Below, piece after piece: positions 50,526 through 61,787 of a stretch of DNA of 64,000 bases. Where the stretch lies: assembly GCA_963720755.1 (NCBI GenBank), contig CAVRGP010000011.1:608001-672000 (forward strand), given 5' to 3'. This stretch comes from an uncultured Chloroflexia bacterium. Lineage in GTDB: Bacteria; Chloroflexota; Limnocylindria; Limnocylindrales; CSP1-4. The position numbers and the translations under genes were made by a program. Position 1 is the stretch's first letter, and each line of letters begins with the position of its first letter. A model generated the notes under the pieces. It saw only the letters and a program-made list of their open reading frames with translations. It was not told the origin of the DNA and did not search any database.

Positions 50526-52216
50526 CTGGATCGTCGAGGCCGGATCGCCGAGTCGGGGAGGCGTCGGACCCGGGCCGCGAGCGTTGGCGGGAAACCGTCC
50601 GAGCCCGCGCGCTCAAGGGCGCCCCGGAACGGCGTGAGGCATTCGAGACAAGCTCCGGCCTCGTCATCCGTGACCTCTACACCGCGGCGGACACGGCGGC
50701 CATCGACGAGGATCGCGACCTCGGGCGTCCGGGGGACTATCCGTTCACGCGCGGCGTCCAGCCGACGATGTACCGGAGCCGCTTCTGGACGATGCGCCAG
50801 TACGCGGGGTTCGCCACTGCCGAGGAGACCAACGAGCGGTTCCGCTACCTTCTGGCCCAGGGCCAGACCGGCCTGAGCGTGGCGTTCGACCTGCCGACCC
50901 AGATGGGCTACGACTCGGATGCACCGGATGCCGAAGGGGAAGTCGGCCGGGTCGGCGTCCCGATCTCGAGTCTGGCCGACATGGCGGTCCTGCTCGACAG
51001 CCTGCCGCTCGGCGAGGTCAGCACATCGATGACCATCAACGCCACGGCCCCGATCCTCCTGGCCCTGTACGTCGCCGCGGCCGAGGCCCAGGGCGTCCCG
51101 CGCGGGTCGATCGCCGGGACGACCCAGAACGACATCCTGAAGGAGTACATCGCCCGCGGGACGTACATCTTCCCGCCGCGCCCGTCGATGCGGCTGGTCA
51201 CCGATGTCTTCGAGTTCTGCGCGGCCGAACTCCCGAAGTGGAACACGATCTCGATCTCCGGCTACCACATGCGCGAGGCGGGCGCGACCGCCGCCCAGGA
51301 ACTCGCGTTCACGCTGGCGGACGCGATCGCCTACGTCGAGGCGGCCGTCGCTCGCGGCCTGGACGTCGACGACTTCGCGGGTCGGTTGTCGTTCTTCTTC
51401 GCGGCCTGGTCGGAGCTGTTCGAGGAGGTCGCCAAGTTCCGGGTCGCCCGACGGATGTGGGCGTTCATCATGAAGGAGCGCTTCGGGGCAACCAACCCGC
51501 GCTCGATGGTCTGTCGGTTCCACGTCCAGACCGCGGGGTCCAGCCTGACCGCCCAATCGGTCGACAACAACGTCGTCCGGACCACGATCCAGGCGCTCGC
51601 CGCGGTGCTCGGGGGCGCCCAGAGCCTCCACACGAACTCCCGGGACGAGGCGCTCGCGCTCCCGACCGAGGAGGCCGCCCGCCTTGCACTTCGGACGCAG
51701 CAGATCCTTGCCCACGAGTCGGGCGTGACCGAGACACCGGATCCATTGGCCGGCTCGTTCTACGTTGAGAGCCTCACCAATGAACTCGAGGCCGCCGCCT
51801 GGGCGTACCTCGACGAGATCGAGTCGATGGGTGGCACGCTGGCCGCCATCGAGGGGGGGTTCCAGCAGCGCCAGATCCAGGAGGCGGCCTATCGCGTGCA
51901 GCGGGCGATCGAGACGGGTGATCAGATCGTGGTCGGAGTCAACCGGTTCCGCGACGACGAGTTCACGACGCCGCCGATCCATCGGATCGACCCGGAAGGG
52001 GAGCGACGCCAGATCGAGCGCGTCCTGCGGGTCCGGGCCGAACGGTCCGGCGCGGACTGGTCCGCCGCCATGGACCGGCTCGAGCAGATCGCTCGAAGCG
52101 ACGGCAACCTGATGCCGCCGATCCTGGAGGCGGTCCGGGCCTATGCGACCGTCGGCGAGATCAGTGACCGGCTCCGGGCCGCGTGGGGCGTGCACCGCGA
52201 ACTGATCACGGTCTGA
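50522..52216 (+). CDS. Methylmalonyl-CoA mutase, catalytic (large) subunit
   Basis: [37 protein letters not shown]; lacks B12-binding domain. Confidence 0.92.
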   Translation: MTGSSRPDRRVGEASDPGRERWRETVRARALKGAPERREAFETSSGLVIRDLYTAADTAAIDEDRDLGRPGDYPFTRGVQPTMYRSRFWTMRQYAGFATAEETNERFRYLLAQGQTGLSVAFDLPTQMGYDSDAPDAEGEVGRVGVPISSLADMAVLLDSLPLGEVSTSMTINATAPILLALYVAAAEAQGVPRGSIAGTTQNDILKEYIARGTYIFPPRPSMRLVTDVFEFCAAELPKWNTISISGYHMREAGATAAQELAFTLADAIAYVEAAVARGLDVDDFAGRLSFFFAAWSELFEEVAKFRVARRMWAFIMKERFGATNPRSMVCRFHVQTAGSSLTAQSVDNNVVRTTIQALAAVLGGAQSLHTNSRDEALALPTEEAARLALRTQQILAHESGVTETPDPLAGSFYVESLTNELEAAAWAYLDEIESMGGTLAAIEGGFQQRQIQEAAYRVQRAIETGDQIVVGVNRFRDDEFTTPPIHRIDPEGERRQIERVLRVRAERSGADWSAAMDRLEQIARSDGNLMPPILEAVRAYATVGEISDRLRAAWGVHRELITV

Positions 52217-52252
52217 CGGGCTGGGGCACGCTGTTCGAACCCTGATCCAGCC

Positions 52253-52777
52253 TCAGCGTTCGTCGCCGAGCCGAAGGCGCCAGCGTGGATGCCACAGGTC
52301 GTCGTCGCCCTCGCCGAGCACCTCCAGGGTGTCGACCCGGTGGCTGAACGGCAATGCCATCGCGGCCTGCCCGGCGATCACATCGAGCGGAGCGTCGTCG
52401 GATTCGCACACCGTCAGGTGCGGGACGATCTCGTCGAACACACCTTCGTATGGCGGGAACTCGGGAAATCGCGCGACGATGGCCTCGGTCAGTTCCACGA
52501 ATGGCGCCGCGGGCTCAGGGGCGAGGTAGACCGCCGTCGAGAACCGTCCGACTCGTTCGAAGGTCACCACGAATGGCCGATGGCGCTCCGCGATCGAGGC
52601 CAGGTCGCTGCGAACCTCGGGCCCGAGACGGTCGACGGGCAGGTACGGGAACAGGATCGTGACGTGGGGTGGCACGCCCGCCGCAGCCATCGGATCCCAC
52701 CGGGCGCGCAGGCGGCGGAGGGCGCTCGGCAGCGGGATCCTGGCGACCACGGCGCTGCGTGGCTCGGTCGCGACCAT
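52253..52777 (-). CDS. 2H phosphoesterase (2'-5' RNA ligase family)
   Basis: Two HxT motifs PHVTI and PHLTV. Confidence 0.85.
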   Translation of the reverse strand: MVATEPRSAVVARIPLPSALRRLRARWDPMAAAGVPPHVTILFPYLPVDRLGPEVRSDLASIAERHRPFVVTFERVGRFSTAVYLAPEPAAPFVELTEAIVARFPEFPPYEGVFDEIVPHLTVCESDDAPLDVIAGQAAMALPFSHRVDTLEVLGEGDDDLWHPRWRLRLGDER

Positions 52778-52799
52778 GCCGAGAGAGTACGCTGACCGC

Positions 52800-53264
52800 A
52801 TGGCATCGACGCCGCCCATCCCCACGCACCTGCGCCACCTCGGCAAGATCCATCACGTGGCGCTCATCGTCGACTCGATCGATTCGGCCCTGGTCCTGTG
52901 GCAGGACGCGCTCGGCCTCGAACTGGAAACGATCATGGATATCCCGCAGGATCGGGTCCGGATCGCCTTCCTGGGTGTCGGCGACTCGAAGATCGAACTC
53001 GTCGAGCCGACGGACGAGTCCACCGGCGTCGCCCGCTTCCTCGCCGCCAAAGGTGAGGGGTTCCATCACGTGTGCTTCGAGGTGGCCAACCTGGCCGAAG
53101 CCCTCCTCCACCTCGAGATCGATGGCATCGAGCTGATCGACACCGCCCCACGAAAGGGTGCCGAGGGACCGGTCGCCTTCCTCCACCCACGATCCTGCCG
53201 GGGCGTCCTCGTCGAGCTGATCGAGGCGCCGGGTGGACCGGCCTGGGCGTCGCTCGGCTACTGA
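52800..53264 (+). CDS. mce: Methylmalonyl-CoA epimerase
   Basis: IHHVA, IELVEP, GEGFHHVC, FLHP..GVLVEL. Confidence 0.9.
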   Translation: MASTPPIPTHLRHLGKIHHVALIVDSIDSALVLWQDALGLELETIMDIPQDRVRIAFLGVGDSKIELVEPTDESTGVARFLAAKGEGFHHVCFEVANLAEALLHLEIDGIELIDTAPRKGAEGPVAFLHPRSCRGVLVELIEAPGGPAWASLGY

Positions 53265-53282
53265 GCGGACGGCCGTTCGGGA

Positions 53283-54125
53283 TCAGGCCGGTTTCGTGGC
53301 CAGGAGCGAGAACATCAACGGCAGCTCGCCAGGGCCGCCATCCGGTGGCCACCGCCAGGTGCCGTCGGGCGATTCGACCAGGAAATCGACCTTCCAGTCG
53401 AGGAATGGGTGCTCGACCAGCGATCGGATCTCAAGCCCGGCATCGATCAGCGCGCTCACGATCTCGCCGAGGCCGTGATCCCAGGAATGCTCGGTCTGGC
53501 CAACGACATCGGCGTCCGGGTCGGCGTACGAGCCCTTGACCTCGAACCGGAAGGGATCCTCGTGCTCCCAGTACGGATAAACGAGTCGGAGCTCGCCAGG
53601 GGCCACCCCTTCGTTCTCGAAGGCCATGATCACCGGGTGCGATTCAGTGATGAAGAAGATGCCGCCCGGAGCGAGGAAATGGGCCACGACGCGGGCCCAG
53701 GCCCGAATGTCCGGGAGCCAGCCGAGGACGCCGCGGGACGTGTAGACGACCTCGAACCGATCCTCGAGTGCGTCCGGCAGGTCGTACAGGTTGGATCGGA
53801 TGAACCGGGCTTCAGGGAAGCCGAGATCGACGGCGAGGTGGCGCGCCAGGTCGATCGCAGCGGGCGACAGGTCGGTTCCGGTGACCCGTGCCCCGAGTCT
53901 GGCCCACGACAGCGTATCGATCCCGAAGTGGCATTGGAGATGCAACAGCGACTTGCCGGTGACGTCGCCGATCATCTCGATCTCATACGGGCGGATCCGG
54001 ATGCCTCCGGTGCGGAAGCCATCGAGGTCGTAGAAGCCGCCCTTCGCGTGGACGGCCGTCCACGCATCCCAGAGTGCCTCGTTGGCCGCGAACGCGTCGT
54101 GATGCCGGTCGCCGGGTCCGCTCAC
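53283..54125 (-). CDS. Class I SAM-dependent methyltransferase
   Basis: LHLQCHFGIDT, GVLGWLPD, LAPGG; GTGA overlap start at 54125. Confidence 0.85.
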   Translation of the reverse strand: MSGPGDRHHDAFAANEALWDAWTAVHAKGGFYDLDGFRTGGIRIRPYEIEMIGDVTGKSLLHLQCHFGIDTLSWARLGARVTGTDLSPAAIDLARHLAVDLGFPEARFIRSNLYDLPDALEDRFEVVYTSRGVLGWLPDIRAWARVVAHFLAPGGIFFITESHPVIMAFENEGVAPGELRLVYPYWEHEDPFRFEVKGSYADPDADVVGQTEHSWDHGLGEIVSALIDAGLEIRSLVEHPFLDWKVDFLVESPDGTWRWPPDGGPGELPLMFSLLATKPA

Positions 54126-54595
54126 CGCAGCGACCAGGCGAACAGCACGTCCGGGGCTCGATCGGCCGACTGACAGAACGCCACGATCCGGCCGGCGAGC
54201 TCGCGGATCCACGGCTTCTCCTCGCGGGGCAGGTGCCCGAGCTCGTCTTCGACGAGTTCGATCCATCGGCCGGCGATCGCCGAGATGTGGTGCTCCGGGA
54301 TCCGGGCTACGGCACCGATCCAGCCGCTGTCCACCCGCTCGATCGTGCAAGCCCCTTCCAGCTCCGGTCCGTCGATCTCGAAGCGGGCGTCGATGAAGTC
54401 GGCCGGCGCCTCGCCCCCGGTGACGGTCCGGGCAGCCTCGGAGAACAAGTCGAGCCAGGTCGGATCGAGGCCGCTTCCAAGGGCCAGGTGGGCACTGAAT
54501 CGCGTTCGATCGTCGAGTGCCGCCAGATCGTCCAGGCCGATCGCCATGAGGATGTCCGGTGCATCGCCCGCGACGAGGTCCATGAGTCGGCTCAT
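54122..54595 (-). CDS. Hypothetical protein
   Basis: Translationally coupled at both ends, typical codon usage. Confidence 0.65.
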   Translation of the reverse strand: MSRLMDLVAGDAPDILMAIGLDDLAALDDRTRFSAHLALGSGLDPTWLDLFSEAARTVTGGEAPADFIDARFEIDGPELEGACTIERVDSGWIGAVARIPEHHISAIAGRWIELVEDELGHLPREEKPWIRELAGRIVAFCQSADRAPDVLFAWSLR

Positions 54596-55074
54596 CCGTC
54601 GGTCGCGCTCGCGGATCCGGCGAAATCGATGAAGTCGAGGTCACCGGGGGAGTGCCCGGCGGCCGTCAGCAGGACGGCGGCCTCGGAGCGATGCTGGGTC
54701 CCGTGATTGACGACGTGTGTCAGGACGTGCCAGAGCGCGATGCCGTGCTCCGTCTGGTGAAGCCAGGCGGGGTCCATGGCATCGAACCACGCGTCGTACC
54801 CAGCCCACTCGCGATCCCATGCCTCGCGCAGCGCACCAAGGTCGGGCAGCGGGCCGCGCTCGGGTTCAGGTGCCTCGCCGGACCCGCCGGTCAGCATGTG
54901 CCGCCAGCGCTGGGACGCTCCGAGGTGGTGGATCAGGATGCCGCCCAGACCGCGTGCGTCGATGACATTCGTGGCCGACCAGGTGTCGTCGTCGACCCCG
55001 GCGGATGCGTCAAGGATCCTGGTCGTCGCCCAGCGATCGAACGCGAACAGGAACCGGATGTCAACGAGATCCAT
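54592..55074 (-). CDS. DinB family protein
   Basis: WAT.RIL, HVVNHGTQHRSE. Confidence 0.85.
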   Translation of the reverse strand: MDLVDIRFLFAFDRWATTRILDASAGVDDDTWSATNVIDARGLGGILIHHLGASQRWRHMLTGGSGEAPEPERGPLPDLGALREAWDREWAGYDAWFDAMDPAWLHQTEHGIALWHVLTHVVNHGTQHRSEAAVLLTAAGHSPGDLDFIDFAGSASATDG

Positions 55075-55085
55075 TCGACGCCCTC

Positions 55086-55970
55086 CTAGCCCCGGTAGCC
55101 GGCGTCACGCAGCAGGCCCGGCAACTCGGTCGGTGAGCCCGCGACCCGGAACCCGGCTGCTTCGAGGGCGGTGACCTTGGAGGCGGCCGTCCCTGAACCG
55201 CCCGAGATGATCGCTCCCGCATGGCCCATCCGCTTGCCTTCGGGGGCCGTCCGCCCGGCGATGAAGGCGACCTTGGGGAGGTGGGCGAGGTGCTCCGCCG
55301 CCCAGGCTGCGGCCTCTTCCTCCGCTGCGCCGCCGATCTCCCCGATGAGGACGATCGCCTCGGTCTCCGGGTCCTGGGCGAAGAGCTTCAGGACGTCGAG
55401 GTGGGTCGTCCCGATGATCGGATCGCCGCCGATCCCGATACAGGTCGACTGGCCGACCTCGGCATCGGTCATCGCCTGGACGGCCTCGTAGGTCAGCGTC
55501 CCCGAGCGGCTCACGACGCCGACCCCACCCTCGCGATGGACCGAACCGGGGATGATCCCGACCTTGGCACGTCCCGGAGAGGTGGCACCCGGGCAGTTCG
55601 GCCCGATCAGCGTCGCCCCGGCTCGCTTGACCTGCTCGACGGCCGCGATCATGTCGAGGGCGGGGATCCCCTCCGTGATGCAGAAGATGGTCGCGATCCC
55701 GGCGCTCGCGGCTTCCATGACCGCATCCGGGGCGCCAGCCGCCGGAACGAAGATGCACGATGTGTTGGCGCCGGTCTCGCGGACCGCATCCGATACCGTG
55801 TCGAAGACCGGGACGGCGCCATCGAGCGCGGTTCGGCCGCCCTTGCCCGGGGTCACCCCGGCGACGATGTTCGTTCCGTATTCGGCCATCGCGCGACTGT
55901 GGAATTCACCTTCTCGACCGGTGATCCCCTGCACGATCAGACGAGTGTCACGCCCGACGAGGATGCTCAT
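55086..55970 (-). CDS. sucD: Succinyl-CoA synthetase alpha subunit
   Basis: [29 protein letters not shown]. Confidence 0.96.
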   Translation of the reverse strand: MSILVGRDTRLIVQGITGREGEFHSRAMAEYGTNIVAGVTPGKGGRTALDGAVPVFDTVSDAVRETGANTSCIFVPAAGAPDAVMEAASAGIATIFCITEGIPALDMIAAVEQVKRAGATLIGPNCPGATSPGRAKVGIIPGSVHREGGVGVVSRSGTLTYEAVQAMTDAEVGQSTCIGIGGDPIIGTTHLDVLKLFAQDPETEAIVLIGEIGGAAEEEAAAWAAEHLAHLPKVAFIAGRTAPEGKRMGHAGAIISGGSGTAASKVTALEAAGFRVAGSPTELPGLLRDAGYRG

Positions 55971-57142
55971 GCCGTCGCTCCCCGGGTTGCCGCAACGGCC
56001 TTGGCCGCCGCGTCGTCCAGGGACGATGCGGTCGCGAATCTGGCCTTCTCCAGGAGGGTCGCCGCCTCCTCCGCATTCGTCCCGACGATCCGGACGACCA
56101 TCGGAACGTCGCGCGTCTGTTGCGCCCGAGCCTCGATGAGACCGAGGGCGACCTCGTCACCCCGGGTGATCCCGCCGAAGATGTTCACCAGGATGGCTTC
56201 GACCTTCGGGTCGGCGAGGATGATCTGCATCGCGGTCGCGACCCGGTCGGAGCGCGCCCCGCCGCCGATGTCGAGGAAGTTGGCGGGCTCGCCGCCGGCT
56301 CGTTTCACGAGGTCCATCGTGGTCATGGCCAGGCCGGCGCCATTGACCATGCAGCCGATCGTGCCGTCCAGCTTGATGAAGGTCAGGCCGGCCTCACGCG
56401 CTTCGCGATCCGCCGGGTCCTCTTCGTCCGCATCGCGCAGCGCCTCGAGCTGGGGATGTCGGGCGAGGGCGGAGTCGTCCAGGGTGACCTTCGCATCGAG
56501 GCAGACGAGCCGCTCGACGGCCGTCCCGTCGGGTCCGGCTTCGCGGATGATGGCGAGCGGGTTGATCTCGACCAGGTCGGCATCGTAGGCCACCATCGTC
56601 CTGACCAACCCCTCGGCGATCCCGACCGCCGCCTTGAGGTGGGCGCGGAGTCCCATCGAAAAGACGAACTCGCGCGCCTGGAAGTCCAGCAGCCCGAGCA
56701 TCGGATCGGCGTGGTGACGGACGATCGCCTCCGGGTGATCCACGGCGACTTGCTCGATCTCGACGCCGCCTTCTGCCGAGCCCATGAGCAGGATCCGGCC
56801 GGCGGCCCGGTCGAGCACTGCGGCCATGTAGAACTCGCTGACGATGTCCGCGGCGGCCGCAACGAGCACCTTGCGGACGGTGATGCCCTTGATGGTCATG
56901 CCGAGGATCGAGCGCGCCACGCGTTCCGCCTCGTCCGTGGTCGAGGCGAGCTTCACACCTCCGGCCTTGCCGCGACCCCCGACCAGCACCTGGGCCTTGA
57001 TGACCACCGCCGAAGCGCCCGTGGCCAGGATCCTCTCCGCGGCGGCCCGGGCCTGCGCGGGCGTGTGGGCGACCTCCCATCCGGGGACCGGGAGACCCTG
57101 CGCGACGAGCAGCGTCTTGGCATCGGCTTCCTGGATCTTCAC
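55967..57142 (-). CDS. sucC: Succinyl-CoA synthetase beta subunit
   Basis: [38 protein letters not shown]. Confidence 0.96.
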   Translation of the reverse strand: MKIQEADAKTLLVAQGLPVPGWEVAHTPAQARAAAERILATGASAVVIKAQVLVGGRGKAGGVKLASTTDEAERVARSILGMTIKGITVRKVLVAAAADIVSEFYMAAVLDRAAGRILLMGSAEGGVEIEQVAVDHPEAIVRHHADPMLGLLDFQAREFVFSMGLRAHLKAAVGIAEGLVRTMVAYDADLVEINPLAIIREAGPDGTAVERLVCLDAKVTLDDSALARHPQLEALRDADEEDPADREAREAGLTFIKLDGTIGCMVNGAGLAMTTMDLVKRAGGEPANFLDIGGGARSDRVATAMQIILADPKVEAILVNIFGGITRGDEVALGLIEARAQQTRDVPMVVRIVGTNAEEAATLLEKARFATASSLDDAAAKAVAATRGATA

Positions 57143-57279
57143 CTGGTCAAGGGCTCCTTCAGTGTGGACGAGGCGGTCGGGGGCGGTCGTCGGCCGGGGA
57201 GACGATGGTAGACCAGCGGGACCGTGTCGCGCCGCGGAGCGAGGTCAACCGGAGGCGTCGCGCGGCTTACAATCGGGTC

Positions 57280-58302
57280 ATGACCCACACGATCACGCTC
57301 ATCCCCGGCGACGGCATCGGTCCCGAGCTGGCGGAGGCGACCTGTCGCGTCCTCGATGCGACGGGCGTGGCCTTCGAATGGGAGACGGTCGTGGCGGGCG
57401 AGGCGGCCATCGAGCGCCACGGGACGCCGCTCCCGGAGTACGTCCTGGAGTCGGTGACCCGCAACGGCATCGCCCTCAAGGGTCCGATCACCACGCCGGT
57501 CGGGGCGGGCTTCCGGAGCGTCAACGTCGCGCTTCGCCAGGCACTCGACCTGTACGCCAACCTGCGACCCGCCCGCTCCATGAAGGGACTCGATACCCGG
57601 TACGAGAACGTCGACCTGATCATCGTCCGGGAGAACACCGAGGACTTGTACGCCGGCATCGAGCACATGGTCGGGCGCGATGCTGCGGAGAGCATCAAGA
57701 TCATCACCCGGGCTGCATCCGAACGGATCGCCCGGTTCGCCTTTGACTACGCGGTGGCCAACGGTCGGAGCAAGGTCACGGCCGTCCACAAGGCCAACAT
57801 CATGAAGCTCTCGGACGGCCTGTTCCTCGAGAGTTGCCGAACGGTCGCCGGCGAATTCGCCGGTCGGGTCGAATTCGAGGACCGGATCGTCGACAACATG
57901 TGCATGCAGCTCGTCCAGAAACCGGAGCTCTACGACGTGCTCGTGCTGCCGAACCTGTACGGCGACATCGTCAGCGACCTGTGTGCCGGATTGGTCGGGG
58001 GCCTCGGCGTCGCGCCGGGTGCCAACATCGGGACCACAGCCGCCGTCTTCGAGCCGGTCCATGGGTCGGCGCCGAAATACGCGGGTCAGGACAAGGCGAA
58101 CCCGACCGCCATGATCCTGTCCGGCGCCTTGATGCTGCGTCACCTCGGCCACCCGGACGTGGCGACTCGCGTGGAGGCAGCCGTTCGCGAGGTCATCGCC
58201 GAGGGGACGGCCACGACCTACGACCTCGGCGGATCGACCGGCACCGCGGGTTTCGCCGACGCGATCGTCGAGCGCCTCACCACCGGGTCGAACGCCCGAT
58301 GA
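57280..58302 (+). CDS. icd: Isocitrate dehydrogenase (NAD-type, IDH/IPMDH family)
   Basis: [44 protein letters not shown]. Confidence 0.85.
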   Translation: MTHTITLIPGDGIGPELAEATCRVLDATGVAFEWETVVAGEAAIERHGTPLPEYVLESVTRNGIALKGPITTPVGAGFRSVNVALRQALDLYANLRPARSMKGLDTRYENVDLIIVRENTEDLYAGIEHMVGRDAAESIKIITRAASERIARFAFDYAVANGRSKVTAVHKANIMKLSDGLFLESCRTVAGEFAGRVEFEDRIVDNMCMQLVQKPELYDVLVLPNLYGDIVSDLCAGLVGGLGVAPGANIGTTAAVFEPVHGSAPKYAGQDKANPTAMILSGALMLRHLGHPDVATRVEAAVREVIAEGTATTYDLGGSTGTAGFADAIVERLTTGSNAR

Positions 58303-59114
58303 CAGGCTGGCCGGCAAGCATCCGTGGATCCCGGCCGCCCGCCAAGCCGGCCGGGACGGCATCGATCGGATTCGGCCAGACGAGCCGGCTCGATGGCTGG
58401 TGGTGGGCACCTCTCGGCGTCGGGTTCTGGCTGGCGGTCCTCGTGCTGTACTCGTTCTTCAGCGCGCTGCTGTGGCGACAGCTGTTCGGTACGGACTACG
58501 AGAGCGATGGCTACACGTCCCCGTTCTTCGCGCCGTTCTTCCGCGATGCGCCCCTGCCGGCGTGGCTGTCCCCGGCGATCCTGACCCTCTGGATCCCGAT
58601 CGGATTCCGAACGACCTGCTACTACTTCCGGCGCGCCTACTATCGGGCCTACCTGGTCGATCCACCCGCCTGTGCGGTCGGTGAGCCGACGGTCCATCGC
58701 CGCTATCGGATGGAAGCCGCCCTCCCGTTCATCCTCCAGAACCTGCATCGGTTCTTCCTGTACCTCGCGGTCGTGCTCCTGGTGATCCACTGGACCGAGG
58801 TCGTCGGGACGTTCAGCGTGGACGGCCGGCTCCGCCTGGGGCTCGGCAGCGTCATCCTGCTGACCGACGTCCTGCTCCTGACCGGATACGTCTCCTCCTG
58901 CCACTCACTCCGGCACATGGTCGGCGGTCGGATCGACTGCTTCTCGTGCACCCGACGCAACCAGGTCCGTCACTCGGCCTGGAAACGGCTGAGCGGCCTC
59001 AACGAGCGCCACATGATCTGGGCCTGGGCGAGCCTGGTCTCGGTCGTCGTCGCCGATCTGTACATCCACCTGCTGGCATCCGGCGTCGTGACCGACCCGG
59101 CCGTCTGGTTCTAG
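58299..59114 (+). CDS. Succinate dehydrogenase membrane anchor (Sdh1/Rv0249c-like)
   Basis: [37 protein letters not shown]. Confidence 0.8.
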   Translation: MTGWPASIRGSRPPAKPAGTASIGFGQTSRLDGWWWAPLGVGFWLAVLVLYSFFSALLWRQLFGTDYESDGYTSPFFAPFFRDAPLPAWLSPAILTLWIPIGFRTTCYYFRRAYYRAYLVDPPACAVGEPTVHRRYRMEAALPFILQNLHRFFLYLAVVLLVIHWTEVVGTFSVDGRLRLGLGSVILLTDVLLLTGYVSSCHSLRHMVGGRIDCFSCTRRNQVRHSAWKRLSGLNERHMIWAWASLVSVVVADLYIHLLASGVVTDPAVWF

Positions 59115-59134
59115 GCGCGAGGGAACGAGGCGCG

Positions 59135-60949
59135 ATGACGACCTTCGATACCCACGGCCACGATGTGCTGGTCATCGGCGCCGGTGGCGCCGGGCTGCGG
59201 GCCGCGATCGCGGCCAGGATGGCCGGCGCCGACGTCGGGCTGGTCTGCAAGTCCCTGTTGGGCAAGGCCCACACGGTCATGGCCGAAGGCGGCATGGCGG
59301 CGGCTCTCGGTCACGTCGCACCGGCGGATTCGTGGCAGGTCCATTTCCGCGACACGATGGTCGGCGGCAAGTTACTCAACAACCCGCGGATGGTCCAACT
59401 ACACGCGACGGAGGCGCCGGACCGTGTCCGCGAACTCGAATCGTGGGGCGCCGTCTTCGACCGGACACCGGATGGCCGGATCCTCCAGCGGCCGTTCGGG
59501 GGCCACTCGCATGCGCGCCTGGCGCACGTCGGCGACCGGACGGGCCTCGAGATGATCCGGACGCTCCAGGATCGCGCGGTGGCGCTCGGGATCAAGGTCT
59601 ACATGGAGTGCACGATCAACCGGCTCATCAGCGGACACACCGGCGTCACCGGGGCGTTCGGGTACTGGCGAGTCACCGGTGAGCCGGTCCTGTTCAGCGC
59701 CAGATCGGTCGTTCTCGCGACGGGCGGCATCGGTCGAGCGTTCGAGATCACCTCCAACTCGTGGGAGTACAGCGGTGACGGCCAGGCGCTCGCCTATGAC
59801 GTGGGCGCGGAGCTCATCGACATGGAGTTCGTCCAGTTCCACCCGACCGGGATGGTCTGGCCTCCCGGCGTGCGTGGACTGCTGGTCACCGAAGCCGTCC
59901 GCGGCGAGGGCGGGATCCTCCGCAACAAGGACGGCGAACGGTTCATGTGGCGGTACCTGCCGGAGGATCGACGAGCCGAGTACGCCGCGACCGACGAAGA
60001 AGCGGCACGTTGGGTGGCCGCGCTCTCGCAGGGCCACCAGACCGATGCACGACGACCGCCCGAACTGTCCACTCGCGACAATGTCGCTCGGGCCATCTAC
60101 ACGGAGGTCAAGGAGGGCCGCGGCAGTCCCCATGGCGGCGTCTTCCTCGACATCAGCTACCTGCCTCCAGAGACGGTCAAGCGCAAGCTGCCGTCGATGT
60201 ACGAGCAGTTCAAGGAACTCGCCGACGTCGACATCACGAAAGGCCCGATGGAAGTGGGGCCGACGACGCACTACGTGATGGGCGGGATCCGGGTCGAGGC
60301 CGAAACGGGCGCCACGACCGTGGCCGGCCTGTACGCTGCCGGCGAGGTCGCGGGCGGGATGCACGGCTCCAACCGTCTGGGCGGAAACTCGTTGTCGGAC
60401 CTGCTCGTGTTCGGGGCCAGGGCGGGGGCGGCCGCTGCCGCGCACGCCGGCGAGACCGCGGACCCGTACCTCGATCCGGTCCAGGTCCAGACGGCGATCG
60501 CCGATCTCGTGGTCCCGCTCGACCGACCCGATGGCGAGGATCCATACGCGATCCAGCGCGACCTCCAGGCGATGATGGGTCGGCTGGTCGGGATCTTCCG
60601 GGAGGAGGCCGACCTCGATGCGGCCCTGGCCGCCCTTGCCGAGCTTCGTCGACGCTGGGCGAATGTCCGGGCGGTCGGTGGCCGGAGCTACAACCCGGGT
60701 TGGAACCTCGTTTTCGAGCTCGACCATCTCCTGACCGTGTCTGAGGCGATCACTCGGAGTGCCCGGCAGCGGACCGAGAGCCGAGGCGCCCACAGCCGAC
60801 TCGACTACCCGGACACCGATGACGCCGGTTGGGGCCAGGTCAACAGCGTCATCGTCCGTGGCATCGATGGCTCGATGACCGTTCGGACCTCACCGCTCAT
60901 CGAGATGTCCGATGAGATGCGCGGCCTCCTCGGCAGCGCCGGCCATTGA
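59135..60949 (+). CDS. sdhA: Succinate dehydrogenase flavoprotein
   Basis: GAGGAG, AHTVMAEGG, QFHPTG, EAVRGEG, HYVMGG, HGSNRLGGNSL. Confidence 0.93.
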   Translation: MTTFDTHGHDVLVIGAGGAGLRAAIAARMAGADVGLVCKSLLGKAHTVMAEGGMAAALGHVAPADSWQVHFRDTMVGGKLLNNPRMVQLHATEAPDRVRELESWGAVFDRTPDGRILQRPFGGHSHARLAHVGDRTGLEMIRTLQDRAVALGIKVYMECTINRLISGHTGVTGAFGYWRVTGEPVLFSARSVVLATGGIGRAFEITSNSWEYSGDGQALAYDVGAELIDMEFVQFHPTGMVWPPGVRGLLVTEAVRGEGGILRNKDGERFMWRYLPEDRRAEYAATDEEAARWVAALSQGHQTDARRPPELSTRDNVARAIYTEVKEGRGSPHGGVFLDISYLPPETVKRKLPSMYEQFKELADVDITKGPMEVGPTTHYVMGGIRVEAETGATTVAGLYAAGEVAGGMHGSNRLGGNSLSDLLVFGARAGAAAAAHAGETADPYLDPVQVQTAIADLVVPLDRPDGEDPYAIQRDLQAMMGRLVGIFREEADLDAALAALAELRRRWANVRAVGGRSYNPGWNLVFELDHLLTVSEAITRSARQRTESRGAHSRLDYPDTDDAGWGQVNSVIVRGIDGSMTVRTSPLIEMSDEMRGLLGSAGH

Positions 60950-60965
60950 AGCGACGGAGGATCGG

Positions 60966-61787
60966 ATGCCCGACGCACACCTGAAGGTCTTCCGTGGCGG
61001 CCCGGGCGAAGAGGGTCGGTTCGAGTCGTACGACGTGCCCGTCGAGGAGGGGATGGTCGTCCTCGACGCCCTCCATTGGATCCAGGGCCATGCGGCGCCC
61101 GATCTCGCCGTGCGCTGGAACTGCAAGGCGGCCAAGTGCGGCTCGTGCAGCGCCGAGGTGGATGGGCGCCCCAGTCTGGCCTGCAAGACGCGACTGTCCG
61201 ACTTCGATCTGGAGCAGACGATCACGGTCGAGCCGATGCGCGCCTTCCCGTTGATCCGCGACCTCGTGACCGACGTGTCCTGGAATTACGAGGTCAACAA
61301 GACGATCGAGCCATTCACGCCGCCCGACGACGTGCCCCAGACGGATTGGCGCTGGCAGCAGCAGGACATCGAACGCGTCCAGGAATTCCGCAAGTGCATC
61401 GAGTGCTTCCTGTGCCAGGACGTCTGTCACGTCCTGCGCAGCCACGAGACGGACCGGCCGTTCATGGGGCCGCGCTTCCTGGTTCGCGCCGCTGGCCTGG
61501 AGATGCACCCGATGGACCAGGCCGACCGACGCCAGTACCTCAAGGAAAGCGGCGGCGTCGGTTTCTGCAATATCACCAAGTGCTGCACCGAGGTCTGCCC
61601 GGAGCACATCCGGATCACCGACAACGCGATCATCCCGCTCAAGGAGCGGGTGGCCGATGCCTACTACGATCCGGTCCAGTGGGCCTGGCGGAAGTTGCGC
61701 GGCCGGGGATCGGGCTCTGGCAAAGGCACGGAGTTGCCGGTCCTCCCGGGATCGCCGCCGCCGGTCGACCGCGACGCACCGGATTGA
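60966..61787 (+). CDS. sdhB: Succinate dehydrogenase iron-sulfur subunit
   Basis: CKAAKCGSC, CIECFLCQDVC, CNITKCCTEVCP. Confidence 0.93.
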   Translation: MPDAHLKVFRGGPGEEGRFESYDVPVEEGMVVLDALHWIQGHAAPDLAVRWNCKAAKCGSCSAEVDGRPSLACKTRLSDFDLEQTITVEPMRAFPLIRDLVTDVSWNYEVNKTIEPFTPPDDVPQTDWRWQQQDIERVQEFRKCIECFLCQDVCHVLRSHETDRPFMGPRFLVRAAGLEMHPMDQADRRQYLKESGGVGFCNITKCCTEVCPEHIRITDNAIIPLKERVADAYYDPVQWAWRKLRGRGSGSGKGTELPVLPGSPPPVDRDAPD

